A stretch of 64,000 bases of DNA, from positions 123,398,242 through 123,462,241 of the forward strand of contig NC_092377.1 in NCBI RefSeq assembly GCF_030028105.1, given 5' to 3'. Position numbers and translations under genes: made by a program. Of the stretch, positions 14,217 to 25,317 are shown in pieces. Source of the DNA: Mobula birostris (Eukaryota). A model generated the notes under the pieces. That model had not been told where the DNA came from. It saw only the letters and a program-made list of their open reading frames with translations, and ran no database searches. Every line of letters starts with the position of its first letter. Within the stretch, counting starts at the first letter, position 1.

Positions 14217-15434
14217 TTAGCAGAAGTTAGAGAAGTCAATGTTCATCCCATCAGGTTGGAGGCTACTCAGACGGAATATAAGGTGTTGTTCCTCCAACCT
14301 GAGTGTGGCTTCATCTTTACGGTAGAGGAGGCTGTGGATAGACATGTCAGAATGGGAATGGGCTGTGGAATTAAAATGTGTGGCCACTGGGAGATCCTGC
14401 TTTCTCTGGCGGACAGAGCGTAGGTGTTCAGCAAAACGATCTCCCAGATTGCGTCGGGTATCGCCAATATATAGAAGGCCACATCGGGAGCACAGGACGT
14501 AGTATATCACCCCAGCCGACTCATAGGTGAGGTATCGCCTTACCTGGAAGGACTGTCTGGGGCTCTGAATGGTGGTAAGGGAGGAAGTGTTAGGGCATGT
14601 GTAGCACATGTTCCCCTTACAAGGATAAGTGCCAGGAGGGAGATCAGCGGGGAGGGATGAGGGGACGAATGGACAAGGGAATCGCGTAGGGAGCGATCCT
14701 TCCAGAAAGCGGAAGGATGGAGTGAGAGCATATGTGAGTGAAATAGGGGAGATGCCTTTGAGAGCAGAGTTGATGGTGGAAGAAGGGAAGCCCCTTTCTT
14801 TAAAAAAGGAGGACATCTCTCTCGTCCTGGAATGAAGAGCCTCATCCTGAGAGCAGATGCAGCGGAGACGGAGGAATTGTGAGAAGGCGATGGCATTTTT
14901 GCAAATGACAGGGTGAGAAGAGCAATAGTCCAGATAGCTGAGAGAGTCAGTAGGCTTATAGTGGAGATCAGTAGATAAGCTGTCTCCAGAGATAGAGACA
15001 GGAAAATCTAGAAAGGGAAGGGTGGTTTCGGAAATGGACCAGGTAAACTTGAGGGCAGGGTGAAAGTTGGAGGCAAAGTTAATAAAGTCAACGAGCTCAG
15101 AATGCATGCAGGAAGCAGCGCCAATGCAGTCGTCAATGTAGCGAAGGGAAAGTGGGGGACAGATACCAGAATAGGTTCGGAACATAGATTGTTCCACAAA
15201 GCCAACAAAAAGGCAGGCATAGCTCGGACCCATGAGGATGCCCATAACTACATCTTTAGTTTGGAGGAAGTGGGTGGAGCCAAAGGAGAAATTATCAAGA
15301 GTGAGGACTAATTCCGCTAGACGGAGCAGAGTGGTGGTTGAGGGGAACTGATTAGGTCTGGAATCCAAAAAGAAGTGAAGAGCTTTGAGACCTTCCTGAT
15401 GGGGGATGGACGTATAGAGGGACTGGACATCCAT
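14217..15434 (-). pseudogene. Penelope-like RT + GIY-YIG endonuclease (C-terminal part of the ORF; upstream part frameshifted)
   Basis: MDVQSLYTSIPH, MGPSYA, RYIDD (RT); GVIYYVLCSRCGLLYIGDTRR..RFAEH (GIY-YIG). Confidence 0.92.
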
Positions 15435-16512
15435 TGTGAAAATAAAGCAGTGGGGGCCAAGGAAATTAAAATCATCGAAAAGTTTAAGAGCGTGAGAAGT
15501 GTCACGAACATAGGTAGGAAGGGATTGAACAAGGGGGGATAAAACCGTGTAGAGGTATGCAGAAACGAGTTCGGTGGGGCAGGAGCAAGCTGAGACAATA
15601 GGTCTGCCAGGGCAAGCAGGTTTGTGGATCTTGGGTAGGAGGTAGAAACGGGAAGTGCGGTGTGTGGGAACTATAAGGTTGGTAGCAGTACATGGGTGAT
15701 ACCCTGAGCGGATAAAGTCGGTGATGGTGTGGGAGACAATGGTTTGGTGCTCCTTAGTGGGGTCACGATCGAGGGGTAAATAAGAGGAGGTATCTGCGAG
15801 CTGTCGCTGTGCCTGGGCAAGATAGAGGTCAGTGAGCCAGACTACAACAGCACCCCTCTTATCGACGGGTTTTATAGTAAGGTTAGGATTAGTGCTGTGG
15901 GAGTGGAGAGCAGAGCGCTCGGAAGGAGTGAGGTTGAAATTGGAACAAGGTGTGGTGAAATCGAGACGGAGACGGTAGAAGAACAGTTCCGCGACATGAC
16001 GAACGCGGAACTCGCTGAGGTGTGGGCGAATGGGGACAAAGCTGAGGCCCTTCCTGAGGAATGAGCGTTCTGCCTCAGACAGTTGAAGGTCGTAGGGGAT
16101 GGTAAAGACCCGGCACGTATGAGAGCTGGGTACAGAGGGTGTGGGCTGAGGCTGGGGGTGTCAGTGGAGACGGGAGGGTTCGGGTGAGTGGAGGATGAAG
16201 CCTCTGAGGGCCCAGGAGCTGACGATGGGATCTGATAGAGACGGGGTTGCAGAGTAGTGGTGGGGGAAGGGGAGACGGGAGGCACAATAGCAGCACATAA
16301 AGACCCGGCCTGGAGTTCAAGGCGGGAGTCGCAGCTGGTGGTTGCGCAATCAGTTTCCTGGTGTTCACGGCCTTAGCTGGAGTCTGGGTTTTGAATATTT
16401 GCCAATCACCTGTCCAGCTCTTGGCTCCACCCCTCCCCCTCCTGTCTTCTCCCGTCATTTTCTCCCACACCACCTCCCACTTTTAAATCTCTTCCTAGCT
16501 CATTCTTCACAT

Positions 16513-16549
16513 TGTGCTGACGAAGGGTATCAGCCTGAAACGTCGACTG
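16513..16549 (+). ncRNA. Minimal hammerhead ribozyme motif (degenerate stems)
   Basis: CTGACGA-AGGGTATCAGCCT-GAAA-CGTC-GACT. Confidence 0.55.
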
Positions 16550-18520
16550 AACCACTTCCTAGAGATGCTGCCCGGCCTGCTGCGTCCACCAGCAACTTTT
16601 ATGTGTGTTGCTTGAATTTCCAGCATCTGCAGAATTCCTCGTGTTTGCCTTTTTAAATTCACTTCTGCGAAGCCTCTTCCGGTGATGCCTACACTGAAGA
16701 AGTTTAAATCTTCTCATCGACGGGAGTTCAGTGAAACCATCTCTCACTGCTCCCCATCTGTAATTTCCTCAGCTCTTCAACATGTCGAACACATTTTGAC
16801 TCAGACTCGCTATCACAGCCATATATCCTTTCTTGGAACGTGACTCCTTCACCAACTTACTCCAGTTAGATTTAGGATTCCTTTCCGAGCCTCTCAACAT
16901 GGACCTTCTGAAGATCCCAGGTACTCATAGTTTATTGTCTCTGCCTCTTGTCGCTTCTCCCGTCAAGCTTTGATGGCGACCCCCTCCACCATGAGGAGGT
17001 ATTGGTGCCCCTATCCCAGACACTTCCACACCTTCGGGACACTTTCTTCGCCGTCAGTAATGCTCCTTCCAGTTATTTCATCTTCCGTCGGATCCATGCC
17101 TGCAATCGCCGTTTTTTTTTTCACTTTCTCATGTGAAGCAAAGATCGCAAGATCCTACATCTGCAGACCCCAGAGCCTGCAGGCCCGGGCGCTAGCAGGC
17201 ATGAATTTGAGACTGCGACCCCTGCCATTGATGTCGCAGGCTACAACACCTCAGGGCATATTCAAAACTCGGACTCCAGCAAAGACCGTGGACACCTTCA
17301 AAGCGATTGCGTTACCACCAACTGCGACTCCAGCCTTGAAATCCAGGCCGGGTCTTTATGTGCTGCTATTGTGACTCCCGTCTCCACTTCCCCCACCACT
17401 ACTCTACAACCCCGTCTTCCTCAGATCCCATCGTCAGCTCCTGGGCCCTCAGAGGCTCCATCTTCCTCTCATCCCAAACCTCCCGTCTCAACTGACACCC
17501 TCAGCCTCCCCCCTCCCGCCTCTGATCCCAGCTCTCATCCGTGCCGGGTCTTTACCATCCCCTCCGACTTTCAAATGTCTGAGGCAGAACGATCTGTCCT
17601 CAGTAAGGACCTCACATTTGTCCCCCTTCGCCCACACCTCAGCGAGTTCCGCGTTCGCCTTGACGTGGAACTGTTCTTCCGCCGTCTCTGTCTCCGAGCC
17701 TACTTCTTCGGCAAGGACTCTTCCACCTCCACCGATGACCCCTTCTCCCGTCTTTAACCCTCCTCCTCTTCATGGACACCCCGTTTGGTCTTCTGCCTGC
17801 GCTGGATCTCTTTATTGCTAACTGCCGACGGGACATCAACCGTCTCGACTACACCACACCCTGTTCCAATTCAAACCTAACTCCCTCCTAATGTTCTGCT
17901 CTCCACTCCCTCGGCACTAATCCTAACCTTACGATAAACCCGCCGATAAGAGGAGTGCTGTTGTAGTCTGGCCCACTGACTTCCACCTTGCCGAGGCACA
18001 GCGATAACTCGCAGATAGCTCTGAACAACTCACTGAACGCCTACGCTCAGAGAAAGCAGGATCTCCCAGTGGCCGCACATTTTAATTCCACATCCCATTC
18101 CCATTCTGACAGGTCTATCCATGGTCACCACTACTGTAAAAATGAAGCCACACTCAGGTTGGAGGAACAACAACTTATATTCCGTCTGGGTAGCCTCCAA
18201 CCTGATGGCATGAGCATTGACTTCTCTGACCTCCGCTAATGCCCCTCCTCCCCCTCGTACCCCATCCGTTATTTATTTATTTATGTGCACACATTCTTAC
18301 TCTCACTTCGTCCATCTTACTATATCCGTTGCCTATCCTCTGGGTATCCGCCCTCCCCCTTTTCCTTCTCCCTGGGCCTCCTGTCCCATGATCCTGTCAT
18401 ATCCGTTTTGCCTATCACCTGTCCAGCTCTTGGCTCCATCCCTCCCCCTCCGGTTTCTGCTATCATTTTGGATCTCCCCCTCCCCTCCCACTTTTAAGTC
18501 TCTTACTAGCTCTTTTTTTT

Positions 18521-18560
18521 CAGTTCCTGATAAAGGGTCTCGGCCTGAAACGTCGACTGT
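18521..18560 (+). ncRNA. Hammerhead motif with mutated core (CTGATAA)
   Basis: CTGATAA-AGGGTCTCGGCCT-GAAA-CGTC-GACTG. Confidence 0.45.
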
Positions 18561-18634
18561 ACCTCTTCCTAGAGATGCTGCTTGGCCTGCTGCGTTCACC
18601 AGCAGCTTTGAAATGCGTTGCAACCACTAGATGG

Positions 18635-19211
18635 TGTCGTGGTTTCTCGTTTCTCACAAACGACAAGGAGACGCAGAAAACTCGTCAGGACGTTTTAAAT
18701 TTTAATTTGCAAATCAAAGCTGAGACAATCAGAACGCTAGTAGCTGACTGCCCGTCGTGGCTTCTACACAGCATTTTTATGGCAATTTTCCTATCTTAGC
18801 TACATTATCATATACAGTCTGCCTGTGATTACGTATCATCAATATATCCTCTCCCGACTGTCCACTACTGTTTTACTCCCCAACTTAATTATGTCCTAGT
18901 TTACATTTTAGACCATATGTCCTCTCGTCCATAACCAGTTATTTCTTAGTTAGTCTTGCGTTGACATACTGCCAAATATTCAATCACCTTACTCGCCACC
19001 GTTATCTTTCTACTTGGTTTCAGTCTAGTTCTCTTCATGAATTAATTGTGAACAGGTCAAAAGTCATGACTACATAGTGACTAACTTCTATTGAGCTAGC
19101 AGTGGTAACCTAGTGAATATAGAAAATACAGTGTGTGCATTTGAGTAGATACTGTTGAGTAAGTACAGTAATACATAGAAAATACAATGCATACATATGC
19201 ATTTTCCAATG
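18635..19211 (-). repeat. ERV 3' LTR
   Basis: Direct repeat of 27808-28385; about 12% mismatch by hand count over the first ~270 nt; adjacent to PPT. Confidence 0.93.
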
Positions 19212-19228
19212 TAACTTCCCCTTTGAGA
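19212..19228 (-). promoter_or_regulatory. ERV polypurine tract
   Basis: Minus strand TCTCAAAGGGGAAGTTA immediately before the 3' LTR. Confidence 0.75.
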
Positions 19229-19439
19229 CCCAAAGGATCTCATACAGAGAGAGAGAGGACTGAGATTCTATGCACAAAAGCTCAAATACAGCCCCGCATT
19301 TACTCCCAAATTTGGGTTAAACTATAGTTTCCTGCGCTTAGCACTCAAAGTATTCTCTCTATACCTCCCTAGGCCGCTGAGCCAAAAAACCGTTCCTTCG
19401 TATCTGAGACAGGGAAAAAGAGTCAAGAGTCTTCACAGT

Positions 19440-21110
19440 CTAATCCCCACATATTTCATCTCTCTCCTGTGCGTCTTGCATGGCTGGTAGACTGTACGAA
19501 TACATCATCGGTGCTTCTTTCTCCGTAGGGCTCGACCCAATAATTTCCAGGAGCATCGGAAACCGTTTCATTGCAGCATGCACTACAATCGAGTTGAGGC
19601 ATGGAAGAAAACAGCACAGAATGACCGCACAGCTTAGTAACACAATACCGATGGTTACTGCAATCTTGGTCAGCCATGCTCCCCATCCTCCTAGTTTACT
19701 ATTTATCCAGTCAAAGCACTGGTGTCCAAACCCTGCATTTTGTTTAACTTCCTTTCTTAGATTTTTCAGTTTATTCATTGCTCTGGTAAGCGATCCCTCC
19801 GGACGTATTATTCGGTATAAAAGTACAGAACTGTTCCCCAAACATTACACAAACCCCTCCTTTCTCTGCCAATAGCCAGTCTAGTACCTGTCTATTTTGC
19901 CACGCTACTCTACTGGTTGCATCTAGCTGCTGTCCCAAAGCCTCTAGTGCATCATCTGTGTAGTTAATGAATCTCTGCTGATTATAATATATATAATTTA
20001 TCCATTCAACATGTTTGCTAATCCCTATCACAGGTATTAGTGCTTCCCAGCCCGCAGCAATCTTATTTCTTGCCTTAAACTCGTTAGGTATCCCCTCGGC
20101 TCTCTTATATTGTCCATCCGAATCGTCAGGTCGGGCTCATATTTTCTCTTCCTCCGTTTTATTGTCTGTTGCCTCGAGGTGTCAAACTGTATTTCAGGGG
20201 ATACTGCAACTTCTTGAATCAGCATAACACGCGTTCATGTACCCGCCCAATTAAGGGGAAGCGTGGATCTCAGACCACCCCCCCCCCCCCCCCGTCCACA
20301 CAGCCACCAGGTATCTGCTAGCGGGATGGTCTGGGAGTTCAGTGCACCCTCGGGCAGAGGTGTACCTGCCTGGTATCCTCAGCCTGGGGTTACATCCCAA
20401 ATCTTAACACAGTTGCCGCTGAAATGCCCAACCGAGAGGCCACCCGTCCGCGTGAATCATTCATAACTCAAATGTTCCTGCATTTTAAGCTTTCCCAATG
20501 TGTGTGTCTGGCTCCTTTTATTTATAGCCCACGGTCTGCTGCAATTACAGTTAGGAGCAAACTTGTTTTGATCAAACTGCGAGGAAGCCTGGTGCAACAT
20601 ACACCAATAAGGGCACATTGGTGTGTTATCAATACATTGCTGAGATCAAGGATCCTTCCCGCTATAAATTCCCATACTGCAGGTCTTGACTACACTTGGA
20701 CACTGCCGCGCACCCTCCCCACTCCGCTCCTTTCGCCATTGCGTGCATGTGGAGAAGTTATAAGGCATGTGGGCTGGGTGTTGCACCGGACTTACCCTTG
20801 AGCATAGATAACAATTCTGTCTCTTCATCATCCCTGCTGTATAATTTGCCTATTGGTACCACATGTTCTGGTACCATGGCACGGAGGTAACCGTTGTGCT
20901 CCTCTTACTCCTTTCTCTCAGGTTTTGTGGGATCCTAGCAGTCCCATGCCACATCTGCCAAATTAATGGTCTCCAAATCTGCACAAGTGTATCTGAGTGT
21001 ATCATCCCGGGGTACGGGACTGGTCGCCCCCACGTCGTCCCCATTATCTGAAAGAGTTCTACCATCCATAACCCCATAGTTAGGGTCTTCAGGCCTGTTC
21101 TCAGGTCCAA
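19440..21110 (-). pseudogene. env: ERV env (gamma-type, frameshifted)
   Basis: SU CYLC (CxxC), WWLCG, basic cleavage site KRRKR, GIPNEFKARNKIAAGW, immunosuppressive domain QNRQVLDWLLAEKGGVC, CX6(F)C, TM IAVTIGIVLLSCAVILCCFLPCL. Confidence 0.9.
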
Positions 21111-21239
21111 AAATTCCCCTTATTACTTGGTCAAGTTCCTGCGGTTCAGTATCAGCTTCTTGTTGCTCTTGTCTGTCCCCTACTGTTTGTTCCTCTTCAC
21201 CACTTACCTCGGGTGGCACACCTGACTGTACCTGCGGGA

Positions 21240-22220
21240 TTGCTCTAGTGCAGTGACTGAGATGATACCAGGTGGAGCGTTCTTCGACTTGAACGGCGGT
21301 GGGTGATGCTTTGGTTACTGTAAAGGGCCCTTCCCTTCTGGGCTCGTTCCACTTTCTTCGAAACGCTCGCACGTAGACCTGATCGCCTGGCTTGATTGGT
21401 GCTTCCCCTTGATCGATCTCTGGCTCTTTCTCTTTTTCCTATGCATAAATAGACTTATGTATCATAGTTAATTACCGCATGTATTGTTTTAGTTCCAATT
21501 CCAATTGTTCCAAACTAGGCCCTTTATATGGTCCTCTCCACTGGGGCACTGGCATGGGCTTTCCGGTTAGCATTTCATGCGGTGTTAGGCACGTCATCCG
21601 ATTAGTTTGCATGCGGTAACACATTAATGCTAACGGTAGTGCATCGACCCAGTTGAGTTTAGTTACTGCACAGATTTTGTTTAGTTTGGTTTTTAAGGTA
21701 CCGTTAATTCGTTCCACCATACCCTGCGACTGAGGGTGATACACGCATCCAAATCTTTGCTTTCTTCTTAGTGCTTGCAGTACTAACTTGACCACATTTT
21801 GGATGAAAGCTGAACCATTGTCTGAGCTAATTTCTGTCTGTATCCAAACCTTGGGATCACTTCGTTTGTCAGGAATTTCACCACTATTCCTGCCCCTTGA
21901 TCTTTCGAGGTTACTGCGTCTACCCATCTGCTGAATCTGTCGATTAACACCAACCTGTATCTTTTCCCTCTTACTGTTTTTATCATGTCTACATAGTCAA
22001 ATACTAGGTGTTGAAATGGCCCTTCAGGTACGGGTATATGACATATTGGGGATGTAATTCCTTTCTGAACATTATTCTGCGCGCATACCTCGCACTGTGA
22101 CAATGCATGGTCTACTGAAGCCTGTAAATAAGGTGACCAAAATCCAACCTTTTTTTATTTTCCTTTTTACTTCCCCCCTGCACAATGATCCATCCCATGT
22201 GCTTCTGAGATCAGGATAAT
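21240..22220 (-). pseudogene. pol: ERV integrase (frameshifted)
   Basis: HGMDH...CEVC (HHCC), DYVDM, DRFSRW, SSDNGSAF, HPQSQGMVERINGTLK, EGPF motif. Confidence 0.92.
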
Positions 22221-22399
22221 CAGTAAAGGGGTGGGAGCTAACAGTAGGCCATCTTCCGTGGTCCATAGGCCTTCTGGGTTCTGCTTGGCCCCCCTTCGTC
22301 TCCACAGAGTTTGTTCTGCCAAAGTTGCCTTTCCCTGTATTTCAATCAGGTCCTCTACCATAGGTTCCGGCTCTAGACTTACCTGGGGTGCAATAACAG

Positions 22400-22900
22400 C
22401 GGATGTACACCCAGACGCTTTCCTGCCTGCTTCATCTGCAGCTTGATTTCCCTTTGTTACTGTATCGTTTCTTTTTTCTGTGCCTGGCATTTTACTATAG
22501 CCAGTGCTTTAGGTTTCATCAGTGCTTTTATTAGATCTAAAATCTGCTGACAGTGCTGTATGGGATCTCCACTGCTCTTTTTAAAAAAATCTCTGTTTCC
22601 GCACTGCCCCAAACAAATGACACCCTCCATGAGCATATGCTGAATCTGTATAGATATATACATTCTCTCCTTCCATCATTTCACACGCTGTCGTCAAACA
22701 TCTGAATTTCGCTAGCTGGGCGGAGCACGGTTGGGGACGCGCCTCTATTCTGATGACCTTGAAGTCTGCCTGATTCTGTTGCACTACTGAGAACCCTGTG
22801 TGATTCCCATTGTGATCCCTGTAACAAGAGCCATCCACGAACAGGACCTTTTTATCTTCGTCCTCTAATGATTCCGATCGTAAATCTGCTCTCAATTTAG
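22400..22900 (-). pseudogene. pol: ERV RNase H (frameshifted)
   Basis: VLFVDGSC, SAQLA, IYTDSAYA, GNQAAD. Confidence 0.9.
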
Positions 22901-23746
22901 CGAATGTCATTGTTTTCCCTACACAATCATGGGGCTCTCCTTCATACCCTAAAGATACATAATCAGCTATGTTACCGGTGGTGCATCTCTGTATAGTTTT
23001 ATCTGGAAATGTCAGTAGCATCTGATATGCTGCTATCCTGGCTGGTCTCAACACGAATTTCCCTCTTTCCAGTAATTCTGCTACCTTGTGGCGTGTGTAC
23101 AGAATCACAGGATAGCCCATGGTTATGGATGATGCCTTTTCATATGCAGAGTATAGTGCCGCGAATCCCTGATATCAAGGTTGGTACCCCTGAGCCACCT
23201 CATCCAGTTTCGCAATGTAGCATGCTACCGGTTGCTTTGCTTTACCTGTGCCAGTCTCCTGCATTAGAACTGCCGTGGCATAACGCTCCTGTCGGTTGGA
23301 TACGTGCAGATGAAAGGCCTTCTCGTCGTCAGGCAAAGCTAATGCTGGGGCTGACTGCAATTCCTGCTTTATAGTATTGAAAGCCACTTCCGCCTCGTCT
23401 TTCCACTGTAGACTACTCCTCAAGTTTATGTGTCCTGCTTCCTTCATTATTTTCCTTAGTGGCATTACAATTTCAGCATATTCCCCAATCCAATCTGAAC
23501 TATATCCTGTCAGTCCCAGAAACGTCATCACCTGTCTCACTGTCTGGGGCTTTGGAGCTTTATAGGCTTTATAGGCTCAATATAATCCGGCGCTACCACC
23601 CTCGCCCCCTTGGATATCACTCTACCTAGGAATTCTACCTGTTGCTTGCAAAATTGCAGCTTCTTTCTAGATACCTTATGCCCTCCACGCACCAGTCTCT
23701 CTAAAAGGGTTATGGTATCCTGTTCACACTGTTCCTCACTTTCGGA

Positions 23747-25078
23747 TCAAATCAACAAAACATCCAAATACTGTATCAATGTACTTTCCAACGATATGCT
23801 ATCTAGGTCCGCCTTTAACACTTTATTAAATACTTGTGGTGAATGTTTAAATCCTTGCGGCATTCTAGTGTAGGTATACGGGTTGTCTCTGTATGTAAAT
23901 GCAAATAGGTACTGACACTGATCTGCCAGGGAAACGCTGAAAAAAGCCGAACACAAATCAATCACTGAAAAATGGTCTGCCTCTGATGGAACATTAGTCA
24001 AGAGTGTGTGTGGGTTGGGAACTACCGCTGGCCAGTCCTCCACTACCTCATTCACCGCTCGCAAGTCATGCACCAGTCTCCATTTAGATTTATCCGCTTT
24101 AAGGACAGGTAACAGCGGGGTATTACATAGGCTGTCTGTCCTTCTGAGTACTCCTGCCTCCAGTATCCCCTGTATCGTTGGCGCTATTCCTTCTTCTGCC
24201 TCTGGTTTCAAGGGATATTGTGATCTCCTGGGTGGAACTGCTCCCTTTTTCAGCTTTAATTCTACTGGACTGGCTGTTCTTATTCTCCTTACATCCGTGT
24301 TATGTTGTGACCACAGAATAGATGGTAACCTATCCAGCCTGTTATCTCTCTGCTGGCCGTCCTTCTTTCCCAATAACGTTAAGTGTGGTCGGGGAATTAC
24401 TTCGACCTCCTTCGTTGTTCCTACCATATCTGTATCTACCTCTATTTTAAAATAGCTGTTGTCTCCCGATATCCACACCGGTGGCATAATTTTCCTCCAC
24501 GCCGCTGCGGTTCCAGCCTGCTTTACTGAGGGTCCTAGGTGTTTAGACTGATGTCCCTCATTTACCAGCAGCGTTATGTGGGGCTCAGCTTCCGGTATCC
24601 TGCACCATTTTTCCAGGAAATTATTCCACCTGACTTGCAGGTCTGCCCCTTGTCTCCTAGCTATTATAGCTTCTCCTCTTAGGTGCTGCCGGTTGCCTGC
24701 CTCCTTGTTCCATCTCTCCTCTAGCTCTTCGTTCTGAGTTTCGTCAAAAATCACTGTACAATGTAACTCAGATTTGGGCGCTACAGCCTGAGGCAATATA
24801 GCCTGCACGCCCTTTTTCCACTTTTCCCAGCTTTCCCAGATCTGATCTTCTATGTCTCCTATCCAAAAGACATTAGCTTTCTTGACTTCCAGCACTAGTA
24901 ATTGAGCATTTACTCTTTCCACACTCATCCCACTTCTGGTACATTCTAATTTTAATTCTAGTTTCAACAGGGTATATCTGCCTAGCAAATTCATCGGAGT
25001 TCCTTTAGACACTAATATCGGCAAAACTATTCCTTTGCTGCCCATCCTTAATCTCATTGGAGCTGTACATTGTGTCAA
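23747..25078 (-). pseudogene. pol: ERV pol segment: protease C-terminus + 2H phosphoesterase-like domain + RT palm
   Basis: NLLGR (PR); LHCTV and PHITL (2H motifs); QYPL, NTPLLPV, WRLVHDLR, IDLCSAFF, RMPQGF; catalytic YxDD reads YLDV followed by a stop. Confidence 0.9.
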
Positions 25079-25084
25079 CCGTGT

Positions 25085-25317
25085 GTGTGTGTGTATTTTT
25101 TATTTTTTTTTCCCCGAGAACCCTACAGTCTTAATAAATTTCCCTGACATGGGAAGGTGAAGGGCATACTGTGCCTGTACCAAGTATACGTGGCTCCAGT
25201 ATCTATTATCATTGGTGTCAGCTGCCCGTCTAACACAACCTGAACAATGGGTCCCTCTTCTGCCTCCGATGTTATCACTGGGTAGTGTCCCTTCCCACCT
25301 GAGTTCTCTGGGTACCC
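25085..25317 (-). pseudogene. pro: ERV aspartic protease N-terminal part
   Basis: MIIDTGATY at ~25186-25212, in frame with the gag stop; interrupted by a (GT)n/(T)n run at 25081-25111. Confidence 0.88.

Larger units (their letters stand above)
13792..18620. mobile_element. Composite head-to-head Penelope-like element insertion
   Basis: Minus copy ~13792-16400 and plus copy ~16400-18620 of one family (plus copy lacks RT through internal deletion at ~18015); 14-bp flanking direct repeat CAACCACTAGATGG at 13778-13791 and 18621-18634. Confidence 0.85.

Noticed and set aside
19225-19440. Accessory genes (WDSV-like cyclin, orfC) in the ERV
   Set aside because: Only ~210 nt between env and PPT and a short leader; no ORF seen
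24374-24388. Third HxT motif (PHLTL) in ERV pol
   Set aside because: The 2H fold needs two motifs; this one lies in the linker before RT and is probably coincidental
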